From IMG/VR virus record IMGVR_UViG_3300032246_000211, positions 1 through 25,913 of that record: DNA of 25,913 nucleotides; one strand, 5' to 3'. Under the pieces are notes generated by a model. The model saw only the letters and a program-made list of their open reading frames with translations, did no database searches and had not been told where the DNA came from. The position numbers and the translations under genes are program-made. Source of the DNA: a virus. Taxonomy: Duplodnaviria; Caudoviricetes. The stretch's first letter is position 1. Each line of letters begins with the position of its first letter. Shown one piece after another: positions 15,737 to 24,851 of this stretch.

Positions 15737-16606
15737 TTACCATTCAACAATAACAAGACCAGCAATGCCAAGTTGTCCGCCATAATAAGTACTAGCTGTC
15801 CCAGCCGCACCAACTGTTACAGATACAGTACCACCTGGAGTTAAGCCAGTAACAAAGCCAATTGCATAAGCGCCACCTCCACCACCGCCGCCGCCACTAC
15901 CGCCACCACCACCACCACCACCAATTCCACGACCTATTCCAGATTTTCCATTACTGGGCGTTGCACTTCCTACTGGACCACTTCCACCAATAGGCGAATC
16001 ACCAACTGCTTGAGCATTACCACCAGGTGCTCCTCCAGCCTGTCCACCACTACCATAATCACCATTACCAGTTGTATTACTTCCACCGCCATAACCACCA
16101 CTTAAACTAAAAGATAAAGCACTTCCACCAGCATTACTGCCAGACCCACCCGTAGAACCAGTGTTTTGATACGAGCCACCGCCACCGCCACCTGAAGCAG
16201 TTACATAGCTACCAAAGGACGAAGTTCCTCCAGTACCACCATTCACAGTATAAGCACCACTACCTCCACCAGCACCTACAACTGTAACTTTTACCGCAGT
16301 AACTCCTGATGGAACAGTAAATGTTCCTGATGATGTAAAAGTTTGCCCTCTACCACCTTGTGCTTCGCCACCACCTGATGCTGAAATAGTTACACCACCA
16401 GTAGATGCTGATACAGTAATACCAGTACCAGCGGCTACAGAAGTTACGCCAGCATTAGTTACTGTTAAAGCACCAGTAGTCGCATTTACTGAAATACCCG
16501 TACCAGCCGAAACTGAGTTGACGTTAGCATTTGTATTAACTGGCGCAGTTGTTTGCGTGGTTGCATCGTTAAATGTTATTGCCGTTGCATTGCTTGAAAT
16601 TGCCAT
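15737..16606 (-). CDS. Glycine-rich tail fibre/receptor-binding protein
   Basis: Two V[NT]SV[SA]AGTGI[ST]V repeats, then FTSSGTFTVPSGVTAVKVTVVGAGGG ... VSVTVGAAG ... GLVIVEW, the typical phage Gly-rich domain. Confidence 0.8.
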   Translation of the reverse strand: MAISSNATAITFNDATTQTTAPVNTNANVNSVSAGTGISVNATTGALTVTNAGVTSVAAGTGITVSASTGGVTISASGGGEAQGGRGQTFTSSGTFTVPSGVTAVKVTVVGAGGGSGAYTVNGGTGGTSSFGSYVTASGGGGGGSYQNTGSTGGSGSNAGGSALSFSLSGGYGGGSNTTGNGDYGSGGQAGGAPGGNAQAVGDSPIGGSGPVGSATPSNGKSGIGRGIGGGGGGGGSGGGGGGGGAYAIGFVTGLTPGGTVSVTVGAAGTASTYYGGQLGIAGLVIVEW

Positions 16607-16616
16607 TATTGACTCC

Positions 16617-17174
16617 TTATCCTGCTGTAATAGTTGGTGCTGTTAACGTAACAGCGTTAAATGTACCTGTGGAACTTAGTGTTGCCACGTTTGCCCCATT
16701 ATATTGAAATACTAGTGTGCTTCCAACCTGCTGAATTGTGTAGTTTGAAGTATTAACTGAGGTAGTACCAGAACTTAATGCTTGGTAAAAATTAGTACCG
16801 TTGCAATAAACAAGAGCTGTAAACCCATTCCCAATAGTTACCCCAGTGCCTGTTGCACCGATAACACGAATAGCAAACCCACCAGTAGTATTATTTACCA
16901 CGGTATACATTTTTTCTGCTACTGGGGGGATAACATCTCTTATTGCCGTGTTTGTCCCCGTAACTACTAAAACAGCGTTTCTAGCTTGGTCTGATACCCC
17001 GTTAAAACTTGTTAAGGTGTAATTAGCATCCGTCATTACAATGGATTCAACACCAGTAATAGCCTGTTCTAGCAAAGTACCTAAGTTAGTATTGGTAGTC
17101 TGACCCCAAATACCAGCCTGATCCCCATCACCGATGAGGGTTATTTTAAGACTTGGTGAGTACGTACTTGCCAT
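16617..17174 (-). CDS. Tail/fibre-associated structural protein
   Basis: GDQAGIWGQTTNTNLGTLLEQAI N-terminus, Thr/Gly-rich beta strands, SD AAGGA, tail-gene context. Confidence 0.65.
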   Translation of the reverse strand: MASTYSPSLKITLIGDGDQAGIWGQTTNTNLGTLLEQAITGVESIVMTDANYTLTSFNGVSDQARNAVLVVTGTNTAIRDVIPPVAEKMYTVVNNTTGGFAIRVIGATGTGVTIGNGFTALVYCNGTNFYQALSSGTTSVNTSNYTIQQVGSTLVFQYNGANVATLSSTGTFNAVTLTAPTITAG

Positions 17175-17183
17175 AATTTATCC

Positions 17184-17825
17184 TTAAGCTGCTACTACTT
17201 CTGTCCAATTTGGAGTTTGCGCAGTATCAACAAGTCCCCAAACGTTTTGTTTATTTAACCTTACCACTGCCTTAACACCTAAAACGCTAATATTAGTATT
17301 TGCTTTTACTACTACAGTACCTATTCTACCAACTGCACGAACACCTGTTAAGTTAATAACTACGTTTCCAACAACTTCAGTAGTATTACCTAGGATACCA
17401 ACAGCGGTTACGCCTGTTACGCTAATAAAGTTATTAGTTACTAAAGCTATTTGCCCCAATCTAACTGGAGAATAAACCCCTGTTACGGTGTTGTCTGTAC
17501 TAGCATTAACTACTACGTTACCCAAGAATCCTCTAGCGGACACCCCAGTAACACTAAACTCTACGTTAGTAACTACCCCAACTGTACCTAAAGCAACAAT
17601 TGACGCAACACCAGTTGGAACTACGTTTGCTGGAGCTATTACACTTACAGTGCCAACCCGACCTACTGCATTAACTCCAGTAACCCCAATAAAGTTCTCA
17701 GTAACAAGAGCTACCGTACCAAGTCTAGCTACAGAGCTAACCCCAGTAACGTCAATACTAACGCCAGCCGAAGTTCCCCCTGTAGAGGCAAATGGTGCTC
17801 CTGCGAAGGGAAATCCCGCAAACAT
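17184..17825 (-). CDS. Repeat-rich structural protein (about nine ~21-aa [VL]TGVxAxGx[LVI]GxV repeats)
   Basis: Repeats visible in the translation; MFAGFPFAGAPFAS N-terminus; TAATG-coupled to the long fibre gene. Confidence 0.7.
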   Translation of the reverse strand: MFAGFPFAGAPFASTGGTSAGVSIDVTGVSSVARLGTVALVTENFIGVTGVNAVGRVGTVSVIAPANVVPTGVASIVALGTVGVVTNVEFSVTGVSARGFLGNVVVNASTDNTVTGVYSPVRLGQIALVTNNFISVTGVTAVGILGNTTEVVGNVVINLTGVRAVGRIGTVVVKANTNISVLGVKAVVRLNKQNVWGLVDTAQTPNWTEVVAA

Positions 17826-20728
17826 TATTTAGCCTTTAGTTGGGCTATTTCTGCACGTAACTCTTCAACAACTTTAGCTAACTCAATAGCAGCTAATAAT
17901 GCTGCACCGCCATAATTAACCGATAAGTACCCGTCAGCGCCTTCAACTACAGCTTCTGGAAGAACATTTTGCAAAGACTGAGCTGTTACACCAGGCTCAC
18001 GGTTGCCGCTATCTATACGGCTAAATACACCATGCTTAACCTTAGCCAGCTTCTCTACAAAGTCAGAAGCAACATCGACCCAGTTTTCTTTTAAACGCTC
18101 GTCTGAGTTAGAGGTATGGACTGTAGCAGTCAAAGTACCTGTAGATGGGTTAAAGAACAGCTTAGTGCTAGATGTATTGGCAGTAGAAATAGTTCCACTA
18201 GTAGAAGTGGTCAGCCAAGGGTAGTAAGTACCGTTAGTTGTTGTATCGTTAGTAATTGTTGTGCCACTAGTACCATTAGCAGCTGCAGTAATACGTCCTT
18301 GGGCATCAACAGTAATATTAGTTGTAGTGTAAGAACCCGCAGTTACCGCTGTGTTAGCAAGGTTTAACGTTGCTGAACCACCTAAAGCAATAGCGCCACC
18401 ACCAGACAAGCCAGTACCAGCCGTTACAGTAACAGAGCTATTTGATAAGCCAGCATTTGGAATACCAGTAAAGTTTGTACCTGTTAAGGTCGGTGTGGTT
18501 GAGTAAGCTGGGGTTGTACCACCAACCAATACGCCTGTACCAGTAGCCAATAAAACGGTAGTGTTTGCTGCAGATTGGTAAGGAATAGAGCCAGCAGCGC
18601 CACCAGCGATGTTTGTAGCTGTAGTAGCCGTGGTTGCGGTAGTAGCAGAAGAAGCTGTACCTGTTAGGTTAGCAGTAATAGTATTAGCTGCAAAGTTTCC
18701 AGTAGCATCACGAGTTACGATTGTAGAAGCACCGTTGGCAGAAGCTGCTGTAGTTCTAGCATTAGCAACAGTACCAGTAGAAACGTTAGATCCGTTTAAG
18801 CTAGTTAAGTTAGCGCCAGAACCGTCAAATAATGTAGCCGTTGCAGTAGTAAATGTTCCTGTATTAGCAGTAGTTCCACCAATAGCAACGTTGTTAAGCG
18901 TACCGCCAGTAATAGCTACTGCATTGGCATTTTGAGTAGACATAGTACCCAAGCCAGTAATACTTCCAGCTGGGATTGTGTCCCAAACAGGAGCAGCAGA
19001 AGCAGCGCCCGTACCAGTTTGGCTTAAGAACTTCTGGGTAGTTGTAATTTGACCAGATAACCTAGCAAGACTATTAGTAGCGTTGGAATAAATAATGTCG
19101 CCAAGCGTATATGCGGCTTGCCCAGTACCACCGTTAGTTGCACCTAAAGTACCAGATACAGCATTGGCTGATCCTAGAGCAACAGTACCCCAATCAGGAA
19201 CAGAGCCGTTAGATACAAGAACAGTGTTTGATGCACCAATAGCACGGCTAGTTAGAGTGTTGGTAGCATTGGCATAAATAACATCGCCAGTAGTAAAACT
19301 AGATAAATTTGTACCACCATTAGCTGTAGGAACAATACCAGTTAAAGCAATAGTAGAGCCAGATACGTTGATTGGCGCTGTGCCTGTATAAACAAGTTGG
19401 TTAGCAAATAAAGTAAACGGAAGCGCTGTTGTGCCTACTGTAATAGCGGCTAATTGAGAAAGAACAAACGAGTCGTTAATATTGGTAGCGCCAGCAGTAA
19501 TAAAGAAGTAAGCGTTATTGGCAATCTCGCCAGCACTTGCGGTATCAAAGTCAGTTGCACGAGTCAGGATGTAGGGTAATATTCCGCTACCTGTTTGAGT
19601 AACTGTGTAAACACCGTTGTTAGCTTGTGTAACTTCGTCTTTGACCAAAATACGCTGGGAAGTAGCTACGGCACTACCATCCACAGAAAGCGCACCGTTG
19701 GCAACTGCGGTCAATGTAGCGCCTACACCTAATGCACCATTGTTATATGTATTGGCTGGTAAAGCTGCTGCGGTTGCATAAACGCAAGGTGTGTGAACTG
19801 TAAAGCCTGTAGCTACCGCAGAGTCAACATAAGCCTTGGTAGTTAAAACTGTATTATTTGCGCCTGCAGATACGTTACCAGCAGCGTAAGCTAAGTTGGT
19901 CAGGGTTATGTTATTAGCAGAGGCATTACCTGTTACAGCAATACCGTTAGCAAAGTTAACATCTTTAGTAGAGGCTACAAAAGTAGCAATAACAGCATTT
20001 ACGTTTACGCTACCACCAAATATAACCACGTTACTATTGGCGGTGCTTGTACCAATCATCAAACGAGAGATGTCGCCCGCTGCGCCTGTACCCGCTGTAT
20101 TACCAGCATTAAATAGGTAAGCATCGTTTGCTTGGAAGATTGGATAGGCAGCTTGGTTATATGTAGAACCACTAATACCCATATCAACAAAGTAATTAGT
20201 ACCGTCACCTAAATTGTTATAGGCGGTTATATCAGAAGAAGCGTTAGCATCGTTACTTTGGTTCTGAATGTAGAGCTGTGAAAACCCAGGTTCATTAGAA
20301 GTAAACTGAGCTAAAGTAGCGCTGAAAGTACCAGCAGTAGCGTTAGTACCAACTACAGATATAGGACCTTCGTTAAATTCAGTCAGTCCAGTAGTCTGTT
20401 GAAATACAGCTTGCTCTGAAGGATAGGTAATAAATACCTGTAAGCCATTAGTACCAGCAGTAAAGTTAACAAGGGCGCCAGCGTTAGAAGATGAGTAAAC
20501 TGAAGTACGAGCTAATGTATTAGTACTTAGTGTGTAAGTACCGTAGCCAACTTCCCATTGATTTTCTAAACCAACAGCCTGGTTTGTAATAGTGTAATAA
20601 ACAATAGAACCATCAGGTATGCACGAAGCAAACGTGCGAAATCCTGGGTATGCGCTACCCAAGACAAGGCTGCCCGTGCCTGAACCCGTGCTATTTACAC
20701 TTACTCTATCTTGCAGAACTAAAGCCAT
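17825..20728 (-). CDS. Long tail fibre protein with C-terminal intramolecular chaperone (peptidase S74-like)
   Basis: 967 aa, Thr/Ala/Gly-rich; NGGTG/NGGTN repeats, RILVKDE..NGVY..LTRATDFD module, VDAQGRIT; C-terminal SDERLKEN..GVTAQ..VLPEAV..SVNY plus coiled coil. Confidence 0.88.
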   Translation of the reverse strand: MALVLQDRVSVNSTGSGTGSLVLGSAYPGFRTFASCIPDGSIVYYTITNQAVGLENQWEVGYGTYTLSTNTLARTSVYSSSNAGALVNFTAGTNGLQVFITYPSEQAVFQQTTGLTEFNEGPISVVGTNATAGTFSATLAQFTSNEPGFSQLYIQNQSNDANASSDITAYNNLGDGTNYFVDMGISGSTYNQAAYPIFQANDAYLFNAGNTAGTGAAGDISRLMIGTSTANSNVVIFGGSVNVNAVIATFVASTKDVNFANGIAVTGNASANNITLTNLAYAAGNVSAGANNTVLTTKAYVDSAVATGFTVHTPCVYATAAALPANTYNNGALGVGATLTAVANGALSVDGSAVATSQRILVKDEVTQANNGVYTVTQTGSGILPYILTRATDFDTASAGEIANNAYFFITAGATNINDSFVLSQLAAITVGTTALPFTLFANQLVYTGTAPINVSGSTIALTGIVPTANGGTNLSSFTTGDVIYANATNTLTSRAIGASNTVLVSNGSVPDWGTVALGSANAVSGTLGATNGGTGQAAYTLGDIIYSNATNSLARLSGQITTTQKFLSQTGTGAASAAPVWDTIPAGSITGLGTMSTQNANAVAITGGTLNNVAIGGTTANTGTFTTATATLFDGSGANLTSLNGSNVSTGTVANARTTAASANGASTIVTRDATGNFAANTITANLTGTASSATTATTATTATNIAGGAAGSIPYQSAANTTVLLATGTGVLVGGTTPAYSTTPTLTGTNFTGIPNAGLSNSSVTVTAGTGLSGGGAIALGGSATLNLANTAVTAGSYTTTNITVDAQGRITAAANGTSGTTITNDTTTNGTYYPWLTTSTSGTISTANTSSTKLFFNPSTGTLTATVHTSNSDERLKENWVDVASDFVEKLAKVKHGVFSRIDSGNREPGVTAQSLQNVLPEAVVEGADGYLSVNYGGAALLAAIELAKVVEELRAEIAQLKAK

Positions 20729-20749
20729 ACGGCCTCCCTAATTAACTGA

Positions 20750-21181
20750 TTACGAAGCGGTCAAGCGAATAATTGCACTAGTAGAATCAGCAGTTGGGAA
20801 GTTAATAGCAAAAGTACCGTTAGTAGAAGTCTTATCACCACCAAAAGCCAACACAGCAACGGCAGCGTTACCATTTGTATTGTTGTAGATCAAAGCGCCA
20901 TTAGCAGTAATAGTAGCGTTAGCCCAAGTAGTATTAGCAAATGACAAGAAAGCCACGTTGCCAGTTGAAGTTGGGGTTACGCTAACTGTTAAAGTGTTTC
21001 CACCAGCAGTGTAGTTGCCTGTTGAGGCTACTTCGTTAGTTGCTGAGTAAGCTGTTGTTGACTCACCTAAAGTTGCTGCACTGGTGTACAAAGCAATTTT
21101 AAAAGTATTTGCTGAAAAGTTTTGTGTGCCGTTCAAAAGCTGAACTTTAAAACTAGTACACATTCCTTGGGTAATTGCCAT
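20750..21181 (-). CDS. Virion structural protein (tail/fibre-anchoring), beta-rich
   Basis: FKIALYTS, NEV..GNYTAGG..L, ITANGALIYN, VLAFGGDKTST pattern; SD AGGAG. Confidence 0.7.
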   Translation of the reverse strand: MAITQGMCTSFKVQLLNGTQNFSANTFKIALYTSAATLGESTTAYSATNEVASTGNYTAGGNTLTVSVTPTSTGNVAFLSFANTTWANATITANGALIYNNTNGNAAVAVLAFGGDKTSTNGTFAINFPTADSTSAIIRLTAS

Positions 21182-21198
21182 TTTTAACTCCTAAAAAA

Positions 21199-22107
21199 TT
21201 ATCTAACAGGCCCAGGTACGGGCAGTCTAAGTTGTCCATCACGGTAGGCACTGCGTCTATCTTTACCATCACCCAATTCTTTGAGTAATGCTAATGATTC
21301 TTGGTACTTCTGCTCATAGTAATTTACCATATCTTGCTCACCTTTTTGGAATATAACTGCTTCCCGTAAGGATCCATAGAGCAGAACTGTTTCAAAATTA
21401 TCCCCAAGCCACGAAGTGCCAGTAGGATTTTGAATATTATTTACTGGTACTGAAAATCCAGAACCTGTGCCACCAATATAAGCAGAAGAAGCAGATACAA
21501 CGTTTCCATTTACATAAAAGTAACCAGGATTTGTAAGGGTTACAGCAGTTACGATACCGCCAGATATAGTAATGGTTGCCGTTGCGTTAGAACCATCTCC
21601 ACCAGTTAAAGGCACTTGCTCGTATACACCATTGGCATATCCAGAACCTGGAGTAATAGTGCCAAATCCAGCAATACCGCCTTGCACAATTGTTATTGGA
21701 TAGTAGTAATAATGCAGCTCAGTCTGATAGTTGCCGTCTGGAGTTGGTCCAATTAAGTATGTATAAGGCTGAAACTGTGAATAGTACTTAGGTACTCCAG
21801 TATCTGTAGTGGCGTTTGGATAAGATTGACGGATATAGTTTACGTCTTTATCTATTAAGTATTCGTAGTTGCCGTTAGCATCAATTACCGCAAGTGAAAA
21901 AGAAGCTAAGTAATCGTTTGGCAACGCAAGATAATGATCGCCAGAGGTAAAGTTACCAATAACGTTCTTACGAATAGCAGGAATCTGAACAGCGTTATAA
22001 ACACGCTCCTCAGCAAGCTGGACAAAGTTAGGGATATTGTCTACAAATAACTGCTCTGTAGATTCCGCATAACTCTGAATAGCATTAGATAGCTGAGTAA
22101 AGTTCAT
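21199..22107 (-). CDS. Head-tail adaptor / tail tubular protein A-like, with inserted GSGY-type beta-domain
   Basis: N-terminal helices (FVQLAEERVY), GVPKYY, IGPTPD..Y..ELHYY, LLYGSLREA..F.K C-terminal helices. Confidence 0.7.
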   Translation of the reverse strand: MNFTQLSNAIQSYAESTEQLFVDNIPNFVQLAEERVYNAVQIPAIRKNVIGNFTSGDHYLALPNDYLASFSLAVIDANGNYEYLIDKDVNYIRQSYPNATTDTGVPKYYSQFQPYTYLIGPTPDGNYQTELHYYYYPITIVQGGIAGFGTITPGSGYANGVYEQVPLTGGDGSNATATITISGGIVTAVTLTNPGYFYVNGNVVSASSAYIGGTGSGFSVPVNNIQNPTGTSWLGDNFETVLLYGSLREAVIFQKGEQDMVNYYEQKYQESLALLKELGDGKDRRSAYRDGQLRLPVPGPVR

Positions 22108-22121
22108 TCTGGTTTACCCTA

Positions 22122-22385
22122 CTAGGCCATTGGCCCACGGCATTTAATGCCTTTGGTAGCAGCGCCACCTCCACGCATTGTAATTTCACCATGTTTGTTA
22201 TCTGGTGGGTAATTACCCTTACTGATACCAGCAACAGACATGTTAACTTCGTTTACGCCATTTCCAGGCTTAGTAACAGAGTCTTTAGCCGTAGTCATAG
22301 CTTTGCCATCCATAGTATGGGGCTTTGCATAAACGCTGGCTGAACCAACTTCTTTACCACCTTGTTTATTAGAAAACTTAGCCAT
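22122..22385 (-). CDS. Small basic protein with C-terminal RGGGAATKG tag-like motif
   Basis: 87 aa, TAATG-coupled to the upstream gene; ends MRGGGAATKGIKCRGPMA. Confidence 0.7.
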   Translation of the reverse strand: MAKFSNKQGGKEVGSASVYAKPHTMDGKAMTTAKDSVTKPGNGVNEVNMSVAGISKGNYPPDNKHGEITMRGGGAATKGIKCRGPMA

Positions 22386-22579
22386 TATCGACCTCTTCCA
22401 GAAGATTTTTGATTCATAGCACGAGCCATATTACGACCAACTGATTTCATAGATTTACCCATTTTATCAGCACCATGTTTAGGTCCATTTAAGATAACCT
22501 TTGGTCCATCATTTGGAAAAACTTTGGTATCAGTTTTACCTTTTTTTTCAATTCCGTCTGCAGATTTTCTGAATCCCAT
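22385..22579 (-). CDS. Small basic protein with N-terminal ADGxxxKGKT tag-like motif
   Basis: 64 aa, SD AGGAG; KSADGIEKKGKT, MKSVGRNMARAMNQK. Confidence 0.7.
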   Translation of the reverse strand: MGFRKSADGIEKKGKTDTKVFPNDGPKVILNGPKHGADKMGKSMKSVGRNMARAMNQKSSGRGR

Positions 22580-22588
22580 TTTAAACTC

Positions 22589-23026
22589 CTAAGTATTGTT
22601 TGTTATTACTACTGTTACTGTACCAATTAATCCTGCTTGTACCAAGTCATTTGGAGTTAATCCTGCATCTGGACCTCTACTACCGCCTACAGGGTTCCAG
22701 CCCCACTGAATAACTCTACTACCCATTGCTGGATATCCAAACTCATCTTCTTCTGTACCACCAGTATTTACAGTTTGCAAACCAGTGTTACCAGACTGTA
22801 AATAGCTATTATCAGATCTTGGCTCCCTAACTGCTTGTGGATCATTCACTGGGTACATACCCAACTGCAACTGTGGCTGATCTGGATCCCAGCAAGTAGG
22901 ACAAACCTTAATCTTAAAAGGCTTTGTTTTTACTGTCTGTGTTTTTAGTTCCTTTAGTTTATATCTAAAATTACACCTATCACATTGAGCAATCGAGTGT
23001 TTGCCAGAGGCCCATTGGCTAGGCAT
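22589..23026 (-). CDS. Zinc-finger-containing conserved phage protein
   Basis: CDRC...CPTCWD, QPQL, DPQAVREPR; overlaps the stop of the upstream adaptor gene. Confidence 0.75.
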   Translation of the reverse strand: MPSQWASGKHSIAQCDRCNFRYKLKELKTQTVKTKPFKIKVCPTCWDPDQPQLQLGMYPVNDPQAVREPRSDNSYLQSGNTGLQTVNTGGTEEDEFGYPAMGSRVIQWGWNPVGGSRGPDAGLTPNDLVQAGLIGTVTVVITNNT

Positions 23027-23960
23027 AGAATAAGTTCCTTGGTACGAATCTTACCGAAGCCTTTTCTCTATCCTCGTCTGCTGCCAACTGGAATTGCTGC
23101 TCATAATCAGCTTTTAACATCATTATTCTGTTTGGATCTACATTTGGCATTTTAGTGCTTAATTGGTATGCTAGTCCAGCTACCATGCAAGGAATAAAAC
23201 GGAAAGGGATATCCTGCTCCCTAACGCCAGTTCCAGCGTCCTGAATCCTGCGCATACGGTAGTAAACAAACGTATATTGATCGCCTGGGGAGTTAGGAGT
23301 AGGCCATACATTAATGCAAGGCAAATACTGAACAGTTACTTCTGCGCCATCTACATGAGCAGCTGCCGTAGTTCCATTTTGACCACGGGCGCAATTAGTT
23401 AAAGTATTGCCAATAATATTTGGGTAGCTAATGGTTTCTGTTCCAATTTTTATAAACCCAGAGGTAGACAGATTGGCTACAGAAGCCACATTAATAGAAG
23501 TAGCTGTAGAGCTAATACCACCACTATCATTACCAGCCAATACGGTAGTGGCTATTGCGTCAGTATTTCCTGACTGGCGGTTAATCCATACTTGTATAGG
23601 GCGTCCTTGTGCCAGTTTATTAGGCAAAGACATATAAGTAGGCTCTGCAATACGGCTAATATTGATGTCAATTTGGTTGGCAAAGTTGCCGTTATATTGA
23701 CGGATAACCATATCCATTAAGTCTATTGTATCTGTTGGAATAGGATACATAGCCTGTCCAGTTACCATAACAATCTGACCTTGCTCTACTGTCCACAGGT
23801 TAATACCACGATTAGCCCATTCAATAGTAAGCAGGTTTAAAGACCGTCTAGCGGTTCTAAAGTCATAACCAGAACGCAACTCTAAACCACAACGTTCAAA
23901 CGCCTCCTCGATGAGGTCGTTCATGTCTAGGTTAAAAGTAGTAGTTCCTGTAGTGGTCAT
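23019..23960 (-). CDS. Head-tail adaptor (P22 gp4/tail tubular A-like) with inserted beta-domain
   Basis: DLIEEAFERCG, ARRSLNLL..EWANRGINLW, GRP, VWPTP, DIPFRFIPCMVAGLAY, AADEDRE. Confidence 0.75.
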   Translation of the reverse strand: MTTTGTTTFNLDMNDLIEEAFERCGLELRSGYDFRTARRSLNLLTIEWANRGINLWTVEQGQIVMVTGQAMYPIPTDTIDLMDMVIRQYNGNFANQIDINISRIAEPTYMSLPNKLAQGRPIQVWINRQSGNTDAIATTVLAGNDSGGISSTATSINVASVANLSTSGFIKIGTETISYPNIIGNTLTNCARGQNGTTAAAHVDGAEVTVQYLPCINVWPTPNSPGDQYTFVYYRMRRIQDAGTGVREQDIPFRFIPCMVAGLAYQLSTKMPNVDPNRIMMLKADYEQQFQLAADEDREKASVRFVPRNLFYA

Positions 23961-24211
23961 TATTTTTTCTTCGCTGTTTTAGCAGATTGAATAAAGTCCG
24001 CTTTAGTAGGCGCGCCTTTAGACCCAGGCTTACGCATCTTTTCACCAGAGCCAGCTGCAATACGTGCTTTTTTACGATGAATATTTTCATACAATCCAAC
24101 TTTACCGCCTTCTGCATACTGTGTAAAGTCGGTATCGTCACGCCTAGCTTTTCTTTTGCCGCCTGGCATTTTAGAAGGCATTATGTCACCCATACCGCGA
24201 GAAGCTCTCAT
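23960..24211 (-). CDS. Small basic two-module protein (RASRGMG leader - YAEGG - GLYENIH..GSGEKMRKPGSKGAPT module)
   Basis: 83 aa, coupled to both neighbours (ATGA and TAATG). Confidence 0.8.
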   Translation of the reverse strand: MRASRGMGDIMPSKMPGGKRKARRDDTDFTQYAEGGKVGLYENIHRKKARIAAGSGEKMRKPGSKGAPTKADFIQSAKTAKKK

Positions 24212-24477
24212 ACTATTCTTCCTTTAGTTTTACCTTTAATACAGCATCCGTCAGCTCTTTTAGAAGCTGAAGATACTTTGCCACCCTTTTTCATTCCAGA
24301 AGCAGTTTTTCTTTTTTTGTTTTCTTCTTCCAATACAGAACGAATACGAGCTTTCTGATCTTCATCTGAGGCGGTCAAATTACCTACAGCATTAAAAACT
24401 TGATCTCTTAAGCCAGGAACAGCAGCGCCAAAGCCAATGCCTTTAAGGTTTTGCATACCATTTTTAATAAAGTCCAT
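24208..24477 (-). CDS. Small protein with conserved C-terminal GGKVSSASKRADGCCIKGKTKGRIV tag
   Basis: 89 aa; tail shared with the two upstream genes; translationally coupled. Confidence 0.85.
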   Translation of the reverse strand: MDFIKNGMQNLKGIGFGAAVPGLRDQVFNAVGNLTASDEDQKARIRSVLEEENKKRKTASGMKKGGKVSSASKRADGCCIKGKTKGRIV

Positions 24478-24851
24478 TAGACAATCCTTCCTTTAGTCTT
24501 GCCTTTTATACAACATCCATCAGCGCGAGCAGAGGCTGATTTAACTTTACCGCCTTTTTTATATGTTGGGTTTGGTTTATTACCAAGACCTTTCATAAAG
24601 CTCATATCTGACCCACTAGCACCACCTCCACCACCACCGCCAGATCTAGTGTTGCCAGTGTAGTTTTTAGTGTAAGCGTTTCTAGCTTCTCTTTCAGCCT
24701 TGCCTTCATCTATATACTTTTGAAGACGCTCTGCAAAATTCTTTTGAATTTCTGGATCAACATTAGGCATACCACGCTTCATGCGTTCTGCAGTCGATTT
24801 ACCATCTCCTGTAGGATCCATAGGATCAATAGGTTTTATTGCATCAGACAT
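24477..24851 (-). CDS. Small protein with conserved C-terminal GGKVKSASARADGCCIKGKTKGRIV tag
   Basis: 124 aa; shared tail; poly-Gly linker; TAATG coupling on both sides. Confidence 0.85.
   Translation of the reverse strand: MSDAIKPIDPMDPTGDGKSTAERMKRGMPNVDPEIQKNFAERLQKYIDEGKAEREARNAYTKNYTGNTRSGGGGGGGASGSDMSFMKGLGNKPNPTYKKGGKVKSASARADGCCIKGKTKGRIV

Noticed and set aside
5095-24141. Alternate-frame minus-strand ORFs 5095-5379, 7854-8054, 8910-9137 and 23932-24141
   Set aside because: Nested in or overlapping better-supported genes in another frame; no protein-like features.
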